From the human T2T-CHM13v2.0 reference genome, Homo sapiens, in the NCBI RefSeq assembly GCF_009914755.1, contig NC_060932.1: a stretch of 64,000 bases of DNA. One strand, written 5' to 3'. Positions 26,450 through 44,293 of this stretch are shown one piece after another (positions within the stretch are counted from its first letter, which is position 1; the number at the start of each line of letters is the position of its first letter). The position numbers and the translations under genes are program-made. A model generated the notes under the pieces. The model was not told the DNA's origin, did no database searches, and worked only from the letters and a program-made list of their open reading frames with translations.

Positions 26450-27095
26450 CCGTTTGTATAGTACTTAGGCATTCTTGGGAAAGTTAAACATGCACATCAC
26501 CTATAATTCAGTAATTCCCCTCTTAAGTGGCAAAGAGAAACTCTTGAGCATCTATGACTGAAGACATCAACAAGAAATCTCACAGCATCATTGCTCATGG
26601 TAAAAAAAAAATAGAAAAAAATGATACAGTAGATATGTAAATTGCAATATATTCAAATGGTGTATAATACAATAGTATATGGTGAAATGTCAACAGCCAT
26701 ACATCAATATGTAAGAATAAGAACAATAAAGATAAATTAAGATCATAATTTTGAGTCAAAGAGAAGAACCACACTATGTATAAAATTCAAAAAGAGGCAA
26801 AATAAACACTATTTAGTTTAGGGATAGAAATATACCTGTTAAAACAGTAAAGAACCACAAAGGAATGATTAACAGAAAATTCAGGAAGGTAATAAGCACT
26901 GAGAGAGGACAAAAAGGAAAATTATCAAAGAGCACTTTGATTATAAATTTTAAAAGAGGAGCACTCAGGGGATTTCTAAGCCACTACCCAAGTAATTTCT
27001 CAACCTGGTGTTGGATATGTTAATATTTACTTTATTATTAACCTGTTTGTTCACATATCTTTGCGTGTATATTCCAGAATAAATTTTAATAAAAA
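26450..27095 (+). mobile_element. L1ME-type 3' fragment
   Basis: cacctataattcagtaattcccctc...aaaattcaaaaagaggcaaaa...tttagggata old L1M 3'UTR motifs. Confidence 0.65.
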
Positions 27096-27367
27096 CAATC
27101 AATGACTTAACCTTAAAGAGAACAATACTTCATTTTTAAAGTTAATTTTGTATAGTAATAATAGTTAATTAAATTTTATTTAATAATAATTTTAAAAAAT
27201 AATTTGTTATTGATCCAGGATGCCTGTAACCAAACAGTCTATAACTTGAGAATGCTGTCATTTTAGTTTGATGATAATATACTGGCCAGTGTCACTCCAT
27301 GTTAACAGGAGTGAGAATGTCAAAGTCAGATGAACAATCAGTCTGAGATGGACATATCATATGATGG

Positions 27368-27764
27368 TGTATTATCTTTATTGCTATAAAGAAATATCTG
27401 AGACTGTGTAATTTATGGAGAAAAGAGGTTTAATTGGCTTGTAGTTCCACAGGCTGTACAAGAAGCATGATGCTGGCATCTGCTTGGCTTCTGGGGAAGT
27501 CTCTGGAAACAAAATCATGGTGGAAGGCAAAGGGGAAGCCAGCACATCACATGGCCAGAGGAGGAGGAAGTGGAGTGGTGTTACACACTTTTAAACAACC
27601 AGATCTCATGGGAACTCTATCATAGGACAAGACTACGGGGATGGTGCTAAGCCATTGGAAACCGCCCCCATGATTCAATCGCCTTCCACCAGGCCCCGCC
27701 TCCAACACCGGGGATTACAATTCAACATGAGATTTGGGCAGGGACAGAGATCTAAACCATATCA
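27368..27764 (-). mobile_element. MSTA/B MaLR solo LTR
   Basis: ttgctataaagaaatatctgagactg...aggctgtacaagaagcatgatgctggcatctgc...aaaccatatca. Confidence 0.88.
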
Positions 27765-28195
27765 GGTGGCCATTATGGTCCCACCTCCTGGTATTCATTC
27801 TCTTGTGTAGTACCCCTATCTTAAATGTGGACAGAACCTGTGACTTTCTCTGGGCCAATAAAGCAGGCAAATGGGATGTACATGATTGTATTTCATAAGA
27901 TATTGACGTCTGTCTTGCAAGGAGATTTTCTCTTGCAAAGAAGCGACTTTCCATTATGAGCTGCCTATGGAGATGCCTATGTGGCAAGGAGCTGAGAGTA
28001 GCCTCCAGATAACAACCAGCAAGAAACTGAGGCACTCAGTCCAACATCCCATAAGGAACAGAGTTCTTCTAACAACCACATGAGCAAGAAAGTGGATCAT
28101 TCCCCATTTAAGTCTCAGGTGAGACCACATCCCCAGCTGGCACCTTTACTATAGCCTTGCAAAGGACCTACCTAAACCATGCCTACACTCTGACT
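27765..28195 (+). mobile_element. MLT1E/F-type LTR
   Basis: cccacctcctggtattca...tggcaaggagctgag...ccagcaagaaactgagg...aacaaccacatgag. Confidence 0.75.
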
Positions 28196-28417
28196 TGGAT
28201 GGGGCTAAGAATGTTAGACTCATTTTACAAAAGGCAGTAAACTGGAAAAATGAGGGTTGGCAATAAGGATGGAATATCTACATTAAGACACTGGTGATTT
28301 TTTTTAAATGTTACTGACAAAGAGTGGGAAAATTAACAAACAGAAAGGACATCCACACCAAAACCCCATCTGTACGTCACCATCATCAAAGACCAAAGGT
28401 AGATAAAAACCACAAAG

Positions 28418-29433
28418 ATGGGGAAAAAACAGAGCAGAAAAGCTGAAAATTCTAAAAATCAGAAGCCCTCTCCGCCTCCAAAGGAATGCAGCTCCGCACC
28501 AGCAATGGAACAAAGCTGGATGGAGAATGACTTTGATGAGTTGAGAGAAGAAGGCTTCAGACAATCAAACATCTCCAAGCTAAAGGAGGAAGTTCAAACC
28601 TATTGCAAAGAAGGTAAAAACCTTGAAAAAAGATTAGACAAATGGCTAATTAGAATAACCAATGTAGAGAAGTCCTTAAATGACCTGATGGAGCTGAAAA
28701 ACATGGCATGAGAACTACATGATGAATGCACAAGCTTCAGTAGCCAATTCGATCAACTGGAAGAAAGGGTATCAGTGATTGAAGATCAAATGAATGAAAT
28801 GAAGCAAGAAGAGAAGTTTAGAGAAAAAACAGCAAAAAGAAATGAACAAAGACACCAAGAAATATGGGACTATGTGAATAGACCAAATCTTCAACTCATT
28901 GGTATACCTGAAAGTGACGGGGAGAATGGAACCAAGTTGGAAAACACTCTACAGGATATTATCCAGGAGAATTCCCCCAACCTAGCAAGGCAGGCCAACA
29001 TTCAAATTCAGGAAATACAGAGAACGCCACAAAGATACTCCTCGAGAAGAGCAACTCCAAGACACATAATTGTCAGATTCACCAAAGTTGAAATGAAGGA
29101 AAAAATGTTAAGGGCAGCCAGACAGAAAGGTCGGGTTACCAACAAAGGGAAGCCCATCAGACTAACAGTGGATCGCTTGGCAGAAACTCTACCAGCTAGA
29201 AGAGAGTGGGGCCAATATTCAACATTATGAAAGAAAAGAATTTTCAACCCAGAATTTCATATACAGCCAAACTAAGCTTCATAAGTGAAGGAGAAATAAA
29301 ATACTTTAAAGACAAGCAAATGCTGAGAGATTTTGTCACCTCCAGGTCTGCCTTCCAAGAGCTCCTGAAGGAAGCACTAAACATGGAAAGGAACAACTGG
29401 TACCAGCCACTGCAAGAACATGCCAAATGGTAA
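28418..29433 (+). pseudogene. L1 ORF1p, disrupted
   Basis: Three ORF fragments (28418-28711, 28775-29230, 29206-29433) with a stop and a frameshift. Confidence 0.92.
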
Positions 29434-29496
29434 AGACTATTGAAGCTAGGAAGAAACTGCATCAACTAACGAGCAAAACAACCAGCTAACATCATA

Positions 29497-33306
<3,810 letters not shown>

Positions 33307-33537
33307 ACAATCAGAACACTTGGACACAGGAAGGGGAACATCACACACCAGGGCCTGTCATGGGGTGGGGGGATGGGGGAGGGATAGCATTAGGAGATAT
33401 ACCTAATGTAAATGATGAGTTAATGGGTGCAGCACACCAACATGGCATGTGTATACATACGTAACAAACCTGCATGTTGTGCACACGTACCCTAGAACTT
33501 AAAGTATGATTTAAAAAAAAGAAAGAAAAAAAAAAAG

Positions 33538-36500
33538 CAGCACAGTCTGCAGCACTCACCGAGAGGTATGAAAAGGGGCAAGTGAATTCAACACCTTCGA
33601 CTGAAATATCCACGTTCTCACACTGGGACGAACCAGGCAAATAAGGTGACTCATGGAGAACAAAGAAAAGCTTGCGATTGGGGAAAGTGGGCCCAACTGG
33701 GAGCAGCACAAAGCCAAAGGAGCACCCACCCCAGCCCCAAGGAAATCAGTGAGTGATAGTGCAACCCTGCATGGGAAACCATACTTCTCCCATGGATCTT
33801 TGCAACCCACAGATCAGTAGATCCCCTCATGAGCCCATGCCACGGTGGCCCTGGGTCTGATATGCAGAGCTGTGTGGAGGCTTGGCAGAGCGGCTGCTCA
33901 GGAACATACAGAGATCCAGGAGCTTTACATACTCTGGCCCGGGGATCCCCGGAAGATGGGAAATTTGTCCATACATATCCCTAGAAAGGGGGCTGAATCC
34001 AAGGAGCCAAACAGTGTTGTTCCATGGATCACACTTCCATGGTACTTCACAATTTAAAACCCACTGGCTTGGAATCCCAGCCAGCCAACAACAGTGGGTT
34101 GGAGTCCATCTGAGACAGGTTTGAGTGCCCAGGCAGAGGCATGGTCACTATCTCTGCAGTTCAGTTGATTCAGCTGCTCCAGTTTGCCGGCTTTGGAGAA
34201 TACAGGCAGTTCAGATGGGGAAGGATCCCCTCAATGCAGCACACCTGCTCTACCAAAAAGCAGCCAGCCTACTTCTTTGGGTGGGTCCCTGATTCCATTA
34301 TTCTTTACTGGGTGAGACCTCCCAGTGGGGGTTCCAGCCACATCCTAGTGCAGACCAGCAATAGGCCAGTACCCTCCTGGGATAGAGCTTGCAGAGGAAG
34401 AAGCTGGCTGCCATCTTTGTTCTTTTGCAGGATTCACTGGTGATATCTCCAGGTACAAGAGAAATCAGTGGAACTAGGGTCTGGAGCAGACCCCCAGCAA
34501 ACCACAGTAGCCCTAGGGTAGAGTGGCCTGACTATTAAAAGAGAAACAACCAAACGGAAACAACAACAACAACAACAACAAAAAACAGAAAAACCTCATC
34601 GAAGGTCAGCAACCCTAAAGACTGAAGGTAGATAAGCCCACAAAGATGAGAAAGCATCAATGCAAAAACATTGAAAACTCAAAAAGCTAGATTGCCTTTT
34701 CTCCTCCAAATCACCACAACACCTCTCCAGCAAGGGCACAAAACTGGGCTGAGGTTGAGATAGCTGAATTGATGGAAGTCAGCTCCAGAAGGTGGGTAAT
34801 ACCAAACTTCACTGAGCTAAAGGAGCATGTTGTAACCTAATGCAAAGAAGCTAAGAATCATGATAAAACAATACAGGAGCTAACAGCCAGAATAGCCAGT
34901 TTAGACAGGAACATAACCATCATGATGGGGCTGAAAAACACAACATGAGAACTTCACAATGCAATCACAAGTATTAACAGCAGAATAGATCAAGGGAAGG
35001 AAAAAATCTCAGAGCTTCAAGACTATCTTTCTGAAATAAGACAGGCAGACAAGAATAGAGAAAAAAAGAATGAAAAGGAACAAACAAAACCTCCAAGAAA
35101 TATGGGATTATGTAAAGAGACCAAACCTATGACTGACTGTGGTACCTAAAAGAGACAGGAAGAATGGAACCAAGTTGGAAAACATACTTCAGGATATCAC
35201 CCAGAAGAATTTCCCCAACCTAGAAAGACAGGCCAACATTCAATTTCAGAAAATCCAGAGAACCTCAGTAAAATATACCACAAGAAAATCAGTCCCAAGA
35301 CACATAATCATCAGATTCTTCAAGGTCAAAATGAAAGAAAAGACATTAAGAGCAGCCAGAGAGAAGGGCCAGGTCATCTACAAAGGGAAACTCATCAGAC
35401 TAACAGTGGACCTCTCAGAAGAAACCCTAGAAGCCAAAAGAGATTGGGAGCCAATACTCAACATTCTTGAAAATAATTTCCAACCCACAATTTCGTATCT
35501 GGCCAAACTAAGCTTTATAAGCAAAAAAGAAATAAGACTCTTTTCAGACAAGCAAATCCTGAAGGAATTCATCACCACCAGGCCTGCCTTGCAAGAGAAC
35601 CTGAAGGAAGTACTAAATTTTGAAAGGAAAAACCATTACCAGCCGCTACAAAAGCACACTGAAATACACAGACCAGTGACACTATGAAGCAGTCACATAA
35701 ACAAGTCTGCAAAATAACCAGCTAGCATCATGATCACAGGATCAAATTCACACACAAAAATATTAACCTTAAATGTAAATGGCCTAAATTCCTTAATTAA
35801 AAGACACAGAATAAGCTGGATAAAGAGCCAATACCCATCAGTATGTTGTCTTCAAGAGACCCATCTCATATGCAAAGACGCACATAGGTTTAAAATAAAG
35901 AGATGGAGGAAAATTTACCAAACAAATGGAAAACAGAAAAAAGTGGATTAGTTTCAATAGAAATGGTGCCAGCTCTTCTTTGTACCTCTGGTAGGGGTTG
36001 CAATCCTAGTTTCTACTAAAGTAGGCCTTAAACCAATAACGGTCAAAAAAGACAAAGAAAGGCATTACATAATGGTAAAGGGTGATAAGAAGAGCCAACA
36101 AGAAGAGCTAACTATCCTAAATATATAGGCACCCAATACACGAGCACCCAGATTCGTAAGTTCTTTCTTTAAAGAACTTGCTTTATGAATTTATAAAGAA
36201 AGACACCTACAAAGAGACTTAGACTCCCAAAGAATAACAGTGGGAGACTTTAACACCCCACTGACATATTAGAGAAATCATTAAGACAAAAAATTTACAA
36301 AGATATTGAGGACCTGAACTCAGCTCTGGATAAAATGGATCTGATAGATATATACAGGACTCTCAACCCAGATTCAACAGAATGTACATTCTTCTCATTC
36401 CTACATGACACTTACTCTGAAATTGATCACATAATCAGAAGTAAAACACTACTCAGCAAATGCAAAAGAACTGAAGTCATAACAGTCTCTCAGACTACAG

Positions 36501-39500
36501 CACAATCAAATTAGAACTCAAGACTAAGAAATCAACTCAAAACCACACAACTATATGGAAATTAAACAACCTGCTCCTGAATGACTCTTGGGTATGCAAC
36601 TAAAGCAGTGATAAGAGGGAAATTTATAGCATTAAATACCCACATCAAAAAGCTAGAAAGATCTCAAGTTAACAACCTAACATCTAAAAGAACTAGAGAA
36701 CCAAGAACAAGCAAACCCCAAAGCTAGTAGAAGACAAGAAATAACCAAGATCAGAGAGGAACTGAAGAAGATACAAACAAAAAAACCTTCAAAAACTCAC
36801 AAATTCCATGATATGGTTTTTTGAAAAAATTAATAACATAGATAAACCATTAGCTAGACTAATAATGAAGAAAAGAGAGAAGAATTAAATAAACACACTC
36901 AGAAATGATAAGGGAGATAATCACCACTGAACCTACAGAAATACAACCAACCATCAGAGAATACTATAAACACTTCTCTGCACATAAACTAGAAAATCTA
37001 GAAGAAATGCATAAATTCCTGGACATATACACCCCCCCGAAGACTGAACCAGGAAAAAATTGAATCCCTGAATAAACCAATAATGAGTTCTGAAATTCAG
37101 GCAGTATTAAATAGCCTACCAACCAAAAAAACAAAACCCCAGGACCAGACAGATTCACAGCTGAGTTCTACCAGAGGTACAAAGAAGAGCTGGCACCATT
37201 TCTACTGAAACTAATATAAAAAATGCAAAAGGAGGCACTCCTTCCTAACTTGTTCTATGAGACCATCAACGTCCTGATGCCAAAACTTGGCAGAGATATA
37301 ACAAAAAGAAGAAAACTTTGGGCCAATATCCCTGATGAACAATGATGCAAAAATCCTCAATAAAATACTGGCAAACTGAATCCAGCAGAAAATCAAAAAG
37401 CTTTTCCACCATGATCAAGGTGGCTTCATCCCCAGGATTCGAGGTTGGTTCAACATATGCAAATCAATAAATGTGATTTATGATATAAACAGAACTAAAG
37501 ACAGGAACCACATGATTATCTCAATGATGCAGAAAAGGCTTCAATAGAATTCAACATCCCTTCATGTTAAAAACTCTCAATAAACTAGGTACTGAGGGAA
37601 CATACCTAGAAATAATAAGAGCCATATATGACAAACCCACAGCCAATATCATTCTGAATGGGCAAAAGCTGGAAGCATTCCCCTTGAAAACTGGCACAAG
37701 ACAAGGATGCCCATTCTCACCACTCCTATTCAACATAGTATTGGAAGTTCTGGCCGGACAATCAGGCAAGAGCAAAAAAATAAGCCTATTCAAATAAGAA
37801 GAGAAGAAGTCAAATTATCTTTGTTTGTAGATGACATGATCCTATATCTAGAAAACCCCATTGTATTAGCCCAAAAGCTCCTTAAGCTATTAAGCAACTT
37901 CAGCGAAGACTCAGGATATAAACTCAATGTGCAAAAATTGCTAACGTTCCTGTACACCAACAATAGGCAAGCAGAAAGCCAAATCATGAATAAACTTCCA
38001 TTCACAATGGCTACAAAAAGAATAAAATGCCTAGGAATACATCTAGAAGGGAAGTGAAGAACCTCTTCAAGGAGAACTACAAACCACTTCTCAAAGAAAT
38101 CAGAGGACACAAACAAATGGAGAAACATTCCATGCTCATGGACAGGAAGAATCAATATTGTGAAAATGGCCATGCAGCCCAAAGTAATTTAAAGATTCAA
38201 TGCTATTCCCATTAAACTACCACTGACATTCTTATCGAATAAGAAAAAAACATATTAAAATTCATATGAAACCAAAAATGAGCCCAAGTAGCCAAGACAA
38301 TCCTAAGCAAAAAGAACAAAGCTGGAGGGATCACACTAACCAACTTCAAACTAAATTACAAGACTATAACAACCAAAGCCTCATGGTACTGGCACAAGGA
38401 CAGACACATTGATCAATGGAATGGAAAAGAGAACTCAGAAGACCCCACACCTACAACCAACTGATCTTCAACAAACTTGACAAAAGCAAGGAATGGGGAA
38501 AGGACTCCCTATTTAATAAATGATGCTGGGAGTGCTGGCTATCCATATGCAGAAAATTGAAACTGAACCCCTTCTTTATACTTTATACAAAAATTAACTC
38601 AAGCTAGATTAAAGATTTAAATGTAAAACCCAAAACTATAAAAACCCTAGAAGAAAATCTAGGCAATACCATTCAGAACATAGACACAGGCAAAGGTTTC
38701 ATGATGAAATCACCAAAAGCAATTGCAACAAAAGGAAAAATTGACAAATGGGATCTAATTAAACTAAAGAGCTTCTGCACAGCAAAAAGGGCTATTATCA
38801 GAGTAAAGAGACAACCCACAGAATGGGAGAAAAATTTCACAATCTATCATCTGACAAAAGTCTAATATCCAGAGTCCACAAGGAACTTAAACAGATGTAC
38901 AAGACAAAAACAAACAACCCCATTAAAAAATGAGCAAAGGACATGAACAGACACTTCTCAAAAGAAGACATACATGCAGCCAACAAACATATGAATAAAA
39001 GCACAACATCACTGATCACTACAGAAATGCAAATCAAAACTTCAATCAGATACCATCTCATGCCAGTCAGAATGGTGATTATCAAAAAGCCAAGAAACAA
39101 TAGATGCTGGTGGGGTTGCAGAGAAACGGGAAAGCTTTTACACTGTTGGTGGGAATGTAAATTAGTTCAATCATTATGGAAGATGGTGTGGAAATTCCTC
39201 AAAAATCTAGAACCAGAAATACTATTTAATTCAGCAATCCCATTACTGGGTATATAATAAATCATTCTATTATAAAGATATATGCACACATATGTTCATT
39301 GCAGCACTATTCATAATAGCAAAGGCATAGAATCAATCTAAATGTCCACCAATGATAGACTGGACAAAGAAAATGTGGTATATATACACCATGAAATACT
39401 ATGCAGTCATAAAAAGGAATGAGTTCATGTCATTTGCAGGGACATGGATGGAGCTAGACGCCATTATCCTCAGCAAACTAACGCAGGAACAAAAAAAAAA

Positions 39501-39765
39501 AAAAAACACTCCATGTCCTCACTTATAAGTGGGAGCTGAATGATGAAAACACATGGACACATGGTGGGGTACAACACACACTTGGGCCTGTTGGGGGATT
39601 GGGGGAGGAGAGCATCAGGAAGAATAGCTAATGGATGTTGTGCTTAATATGTAGGTGATGGGATGATGGGCACATATGTGCATGGCACAGATTTACTTAT
39701 GTAACAAACCTTCACATCCTACACATACACCCCTGAACTTAAAATAAAAGTTGAAGAAAAAAATA
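33538..39765 (+). mobile_element. Older L1PA (about PA13-15), near full length, degenerate
   Basis: Long 5'UTR, ORF1 fragment 35139-35687, ORF2 from MITGSNSH 35730, 3' end aacttaaaataaaagttgaagaaaa. Confidence 0.92.
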
Positions 39766-39884
39766 AATGGATAAATCATGTAACATTTATGCTACTGAAA
39801 CATAGTCATAAAAAGAATGACAAAATTTTCTGTTAGTATTTCTCTATGATCCAGTGATCATCTGCACCAAAATCACTGGGTTTT

Positions 39885-40865
39885 TTTAAATAAATAAATT
39901 TTATTGTGTATATTTAAGGTATATAACGTAGTGTTACAAACTACACATATAGTGTAAACCAAAAGGCATCTGAGACAGGTCCCAACCATTTTAGAATGTT
40001 TATTTTGCCAAGGTTAAGGACAAACTCAAAGTCATCCCTCTGATCACGTGAGACAAATGCAAATCTGATTGCTTCCTTTGCCCTAATGTGTCACTAAGCC
40101 AGACTAAGGCATAAGTGACTATTCCCGTAAATTGTGCATTCAGCAAAGAGATAATCAGAAACTACTCAAAAGAATGCAACCATTTGTCTCTTATCTACCT
40201 ATGACCTGGAAGCCCCCTCCCTGCTTCAAGTTGTCCTGCCTTTCCAGACTGAACCAGCATACATGTTACCTATATTAATTGATGTCTCATGACTCGCTAA
40301 AATGTATAAAACCAAGCTGTCCCCCAACCACCTTGGACATATGTCATCAGGACCTCCTGAGACTGTGTCACGGGCACATCCTTAACCTTGGCAAAATAAA
40401 CTTTCCAAATTGATTCAGACCTGTCTCAGATGTCTTTTGTTTACAATAGTAAAATGGTTTCTACAGTGGAACAAACGTTAACATCCATTGTCTCACATAG
40501 TTACTCATCCCCTCCTCAAAAGAGCATCTGTAAACTACTCATTTAGCAAAAATCCTGAATACAGTACATTTTAATTAACTATAGTCCTCATGTTGTGTAT
40601 TGTTTATCCTGCATATTTGCTACTTTATATCCTTTGACCTACATTTCCCCATTTGCTCTCCCTACTCCACCCCAACCCTGGTAACTACTGTTTTATTCTC
40701 CCCTATGTATATGATCTTTTATTTTTACATTCCACATATAAGTGAGATCATGGTATATTTGTCTGTGTCTGGTTTACTTAACTTAGCATAATGCCCTCCA
40801 GGTCCATCCATGTTTTGGCACATTGCAGACGCTCCTTTTCACATTGCAGACGCTACTTTTTTAAG
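39885..40865 (-). mobile_element. L1MA (about MA8-10) 3' fragment split by MER4
   Basis: ttattgtgtatatttaagg...ttaactatagtc...ccacatataagtgagatcatg. Confidence 0.75.
39953..40445 (+). mobile_element. MER4A-type ERV1 solo LTR with inverted termini
   Basis: aaagtcatccctctg...aagaatgcaacc...aaatgtataaaaccaagctg...ggcaaaataaac; TG...CA ends; 4-bp TSD atag. Confidence 0.85.
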
Positions 40866-41828
40866 GCTGACTGGCATTTTGTTAAACAAGCAGATACCCT
40901 GAGCCTCATCCCATACCTACTGAATTCATTGGACATAAATGTTTCATTAAAGCCTCAGCTGATTCTTACCCATAAAAGTTTGAAAATCACTATTATGTGT
41001 TCCAACAGGGAAAGCTCTCCTAAATAAAATTGTTAGAAGGAAAAGAAAGATTCAGAATAATATGTATAGAACAAGCCTGTGTTTATAAAAGCAAAATTGT
41101 GTAAATGTGTGTATGTTTGTGTGTATATGTGCGTATAAGCATTTATGTTTGTGTATAAAAATATACACAAAATTTTTGTGTAAGCAAATGTATACATATA
41201 ACAATAGTATAATATTGTTAATATTGAATATAAACGAATAGTATGAAAAAGTCCAGAAGGCAGTACAATAAATGTTAACGGTGACAAAGGTTAGATCATC
41301 CAGGGCCCTTGGGGCCATGTTAAGGAGGTAAGATTTTATACAGGGACTAAGGAGGGGAAATAAGAGTGAGAGAGGCTAAGCAGAATATGATACAATTTAG
41401 GGTCTTAAAAAAACCACCCTGGCAGCCATGTGGAGACTGGCTTAGAGGAGCACACACCAATAAGAGAATGGGGTGGACTACCAATTGTGAGAACAAAGGT
41501 AAACATGGAAGGGACCAAACCAGAGCAGAATCTAACCCATCAGGAAATTGTGTAGTGGGGAGACACACACTCCTCAGAGCCCTTTAAATAACACACATGT
41601 GGGACATCCCAAGAAAGTCAGCATGTGGATACTGTAGGTCAGAAGAATCAACAGCTGGTAGTTACGATGCCAGAGAGAAGCAACCATCCAAGAGAGGACC
41701 ACGACAACAGCCAGCGAAGTAGAGAGACATTTCCCTTTCGCTCTCCTTCCTCTCCACTCTAACACAACTGAGTGCTAGAGCACTAGAGCCTAGAAAAGGC
41801 AGGACAGAATGTATGCAGCAGTGTTTCT

Positions 41829-43350
41829 GTTTTTGTTGTTTTGTTTTTGTTTTGTTTATCTTTTTAATTTTTATTTTTAAGTTCCAGGGTACATGTGCAG
41901 AATGTGCAGGTTGTAAAGGTAAACGTGTACCATGGTGGTTTGCTGCACCTATCAACCTATCACCTAGATATTAAGCCCAGCATGCATTAGCTTTTTTTCC
42001 TAATGCTGTCCTTCCCCCCACCACAACCCTGAGAGGCCCCAGTGTGTGTTATTGCCCTCCCTGTGTTCTCACCGTTCAGCTCCCACTTGTAAGTGAGAAC
42101 ATGCGGTGTTTGGTTTTCTGTTCCTGCATTAGTTTGCTGAGCACAATGGCTTCCAGCTCCATCCATGTCCCTGCAAAGGACATGATCATGTTCCTTTTTA
42201 TGGCTGCATAGCATTCCATGATGTATATGTACACATTTTCTCTATCCAGTCTATCATTGATGGGCATTTGGGTTAATTCTATATCTTTGCTATTGTGAAT
42301 AGTGCTGCGATGAACATACATGTGCAGGTATCTTTATAATAGAATGATTTATATTCCTTTGGTTATATACCCAGTAAGGTGATTGCTGGGTCAAATGGTA
42401 TTTCTGGTTCTAGATCTTTGAGGAATCGCCACACCGTCTTCCACAATGGTTGAACTAATTTACATTCCCATCAACAATGTAAAAGCATTCCTATTTCTCT
42501 GCAACCTCGCCAGCATTGGTTTCTTGACTTTTTGATAATCATAATTCTGACTGGAGTGAGATAGTATCTGATCGTGGTTTTGATTTGCATTGCTCTAACG
42601 ATCAGTGATGTTGACCTTTTTTTCATATGTTTGTTGGCTGCATGCATGTCTTCTTTTGAGTCGTGTCTGTTCATGTCCTTTGCCCACTTTTTAATGGAGT
42701 TGTTTGTTTTTTCTTGTAAATTTTTTTAAGTTCCTTGTAGATTATGGATAATAGACCTTTGTCAGGTGGATAGATTGCAAAGATTTTCTCCCATTCTGTA
42801 GGTTGCCCGTTCACTCTGATAATAGTTTCTTTTGCCGTGCAGAAGCTCTTTAGTTTAATTAGATCCCATTTGTCAATTTTTCCTTTTGTTGCAATTGTTT
42901 TTGATGATCTCGTCAAGAAACCTTTGCCCGTGCCTATGTTCTGAATGGTATTGCCTAGATTTTCTTCTAGGATTTTTATAGTTTTGGGTTTTACATTTAA
43001 GTCTTTAATCTATCTTAAGTTTTGTATAAAGTGTAAGGAAGGGGTCCACTTTCAGTTTTCTCCATATAGCTAGCCAGTTGCCAGTTCTCCCAGCACCATT
43101 TATTAAACAGGGAATCCTTCCCGTTGTTTATTTTTGTCAGATTTGTCAAAGATCAGATGGTTGTAGTTGTGCAGTCTTATTTCTGAGTTCTCTATTTTGT
43201 CCAATTTGTCTATGTTTCTGTTTTTGTACCAGTACCATGCTGTTTTGGTTACTGTAGCCTTGCAGTATCATTTGAAGTCGGGTAGCATGATGCCTCCAGC
43301 TTCGTTATTTTTGCTTAGGATTGTCTTGGCTATACGAGCTCTTTTTTGGT
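41829..43350 (-). mobile_element. L1PA (about PA8-10) 3' fragment
   Basis: ORF2 C-terminal peptides and 3'UTR; TSD tgcagcagtg(t/c)ttct at 41814-41828 and 43351-43365. Confidence 0.92.
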
Positions 43351-43355
43351 TGCAG

Positions 43356-43545
43356 CAGTGCTTCTTAAATGTTGGTTCCCAGAAAGCAGCAACACCATCA
43401 CCTAGGAACTTATTAGAAACATATTCTCAGGTCTTTCCACAGACCTGAATAAAAAACTCTGGGGCTAGCACCCAATAATTTGTACTTTTAAAAAGCACCC
43501 CAACCTCAGGTGATTTTGATACATACTAAAGTTTGAGAACCACCA
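43356..43545 (+). mobile_element. MER5A (hAT-Charlie MITE)
   Basis: cagtgcttcttaaa...catcacctaggaacttattagaaa...aaagtttgagaaccac. Confidence 0.8.
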
Positions 43546-44173
43546 ATGTGGAATTTTGGAAATTTTAAACCATACCAGAATGAATTCTAATAACTACAAG
43601 TGAATTGATTGTTATGAGATTTGCCTGAGATGTTATTTAAGGATAAGAAGAGAAATTGGACAGAATACATTTAAAAGCAGTGGCTTGGGAAAAAGAAAAC
43701 TTTTCATATTTCATCCTAATGATTGAAGAACAGGTGCATTAACAACAATTCATTAATGATTCTATATTTGTAAATATCCATTATTTTTAACAAGAATGGG
43801 ATGATATTTTAGTTTTATATTCAATATTAAATCTGATCAACACCAGCATTTTGTTGATAAGCCATGTTAATACCTGCTCCTAAAAAATAAGCAGACCCTT
43901 AATGGTTTATTGCTGCCCAGTCTCTAGATTGCAGATGGCTGAAAAAAGATAAATGACTGTTCTTGCTCCCAAGGGACCCTACCACTCTTTAGACCAACTT
44001 ACTGTGAGAGTAAATTCTGAAAAATCCAGGACTTACAAAATACACAAACATGGGGGAATGGTGGGGTGGGCAATTCCTGAGTGATCTTTAGCTGTTTTAG
44101 CGATGCCATAAACGCACGGAGACAGGAAAGCATGGCAAAATATACCTTTTTTTAGGTCTTAAAAATAGATATG

Positions 44174-44293
44174 AGCCAGGTGCAGTGGCATGGGCCTATA
44201 GTCCAGCTACTCAGGAAGCTAAAGCAGAAGAATTGCTTAAGTCCAGGAGTTCAAGTCTAGCAACATAGTGAGACCCCAAGTAAAAAAAAAAAA
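44174..44293 (+). mobile_element. FLAM-type Alu monomer
   Basis: Single diverged Alu monomer followed by poly-A. Confidence 0.8.
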
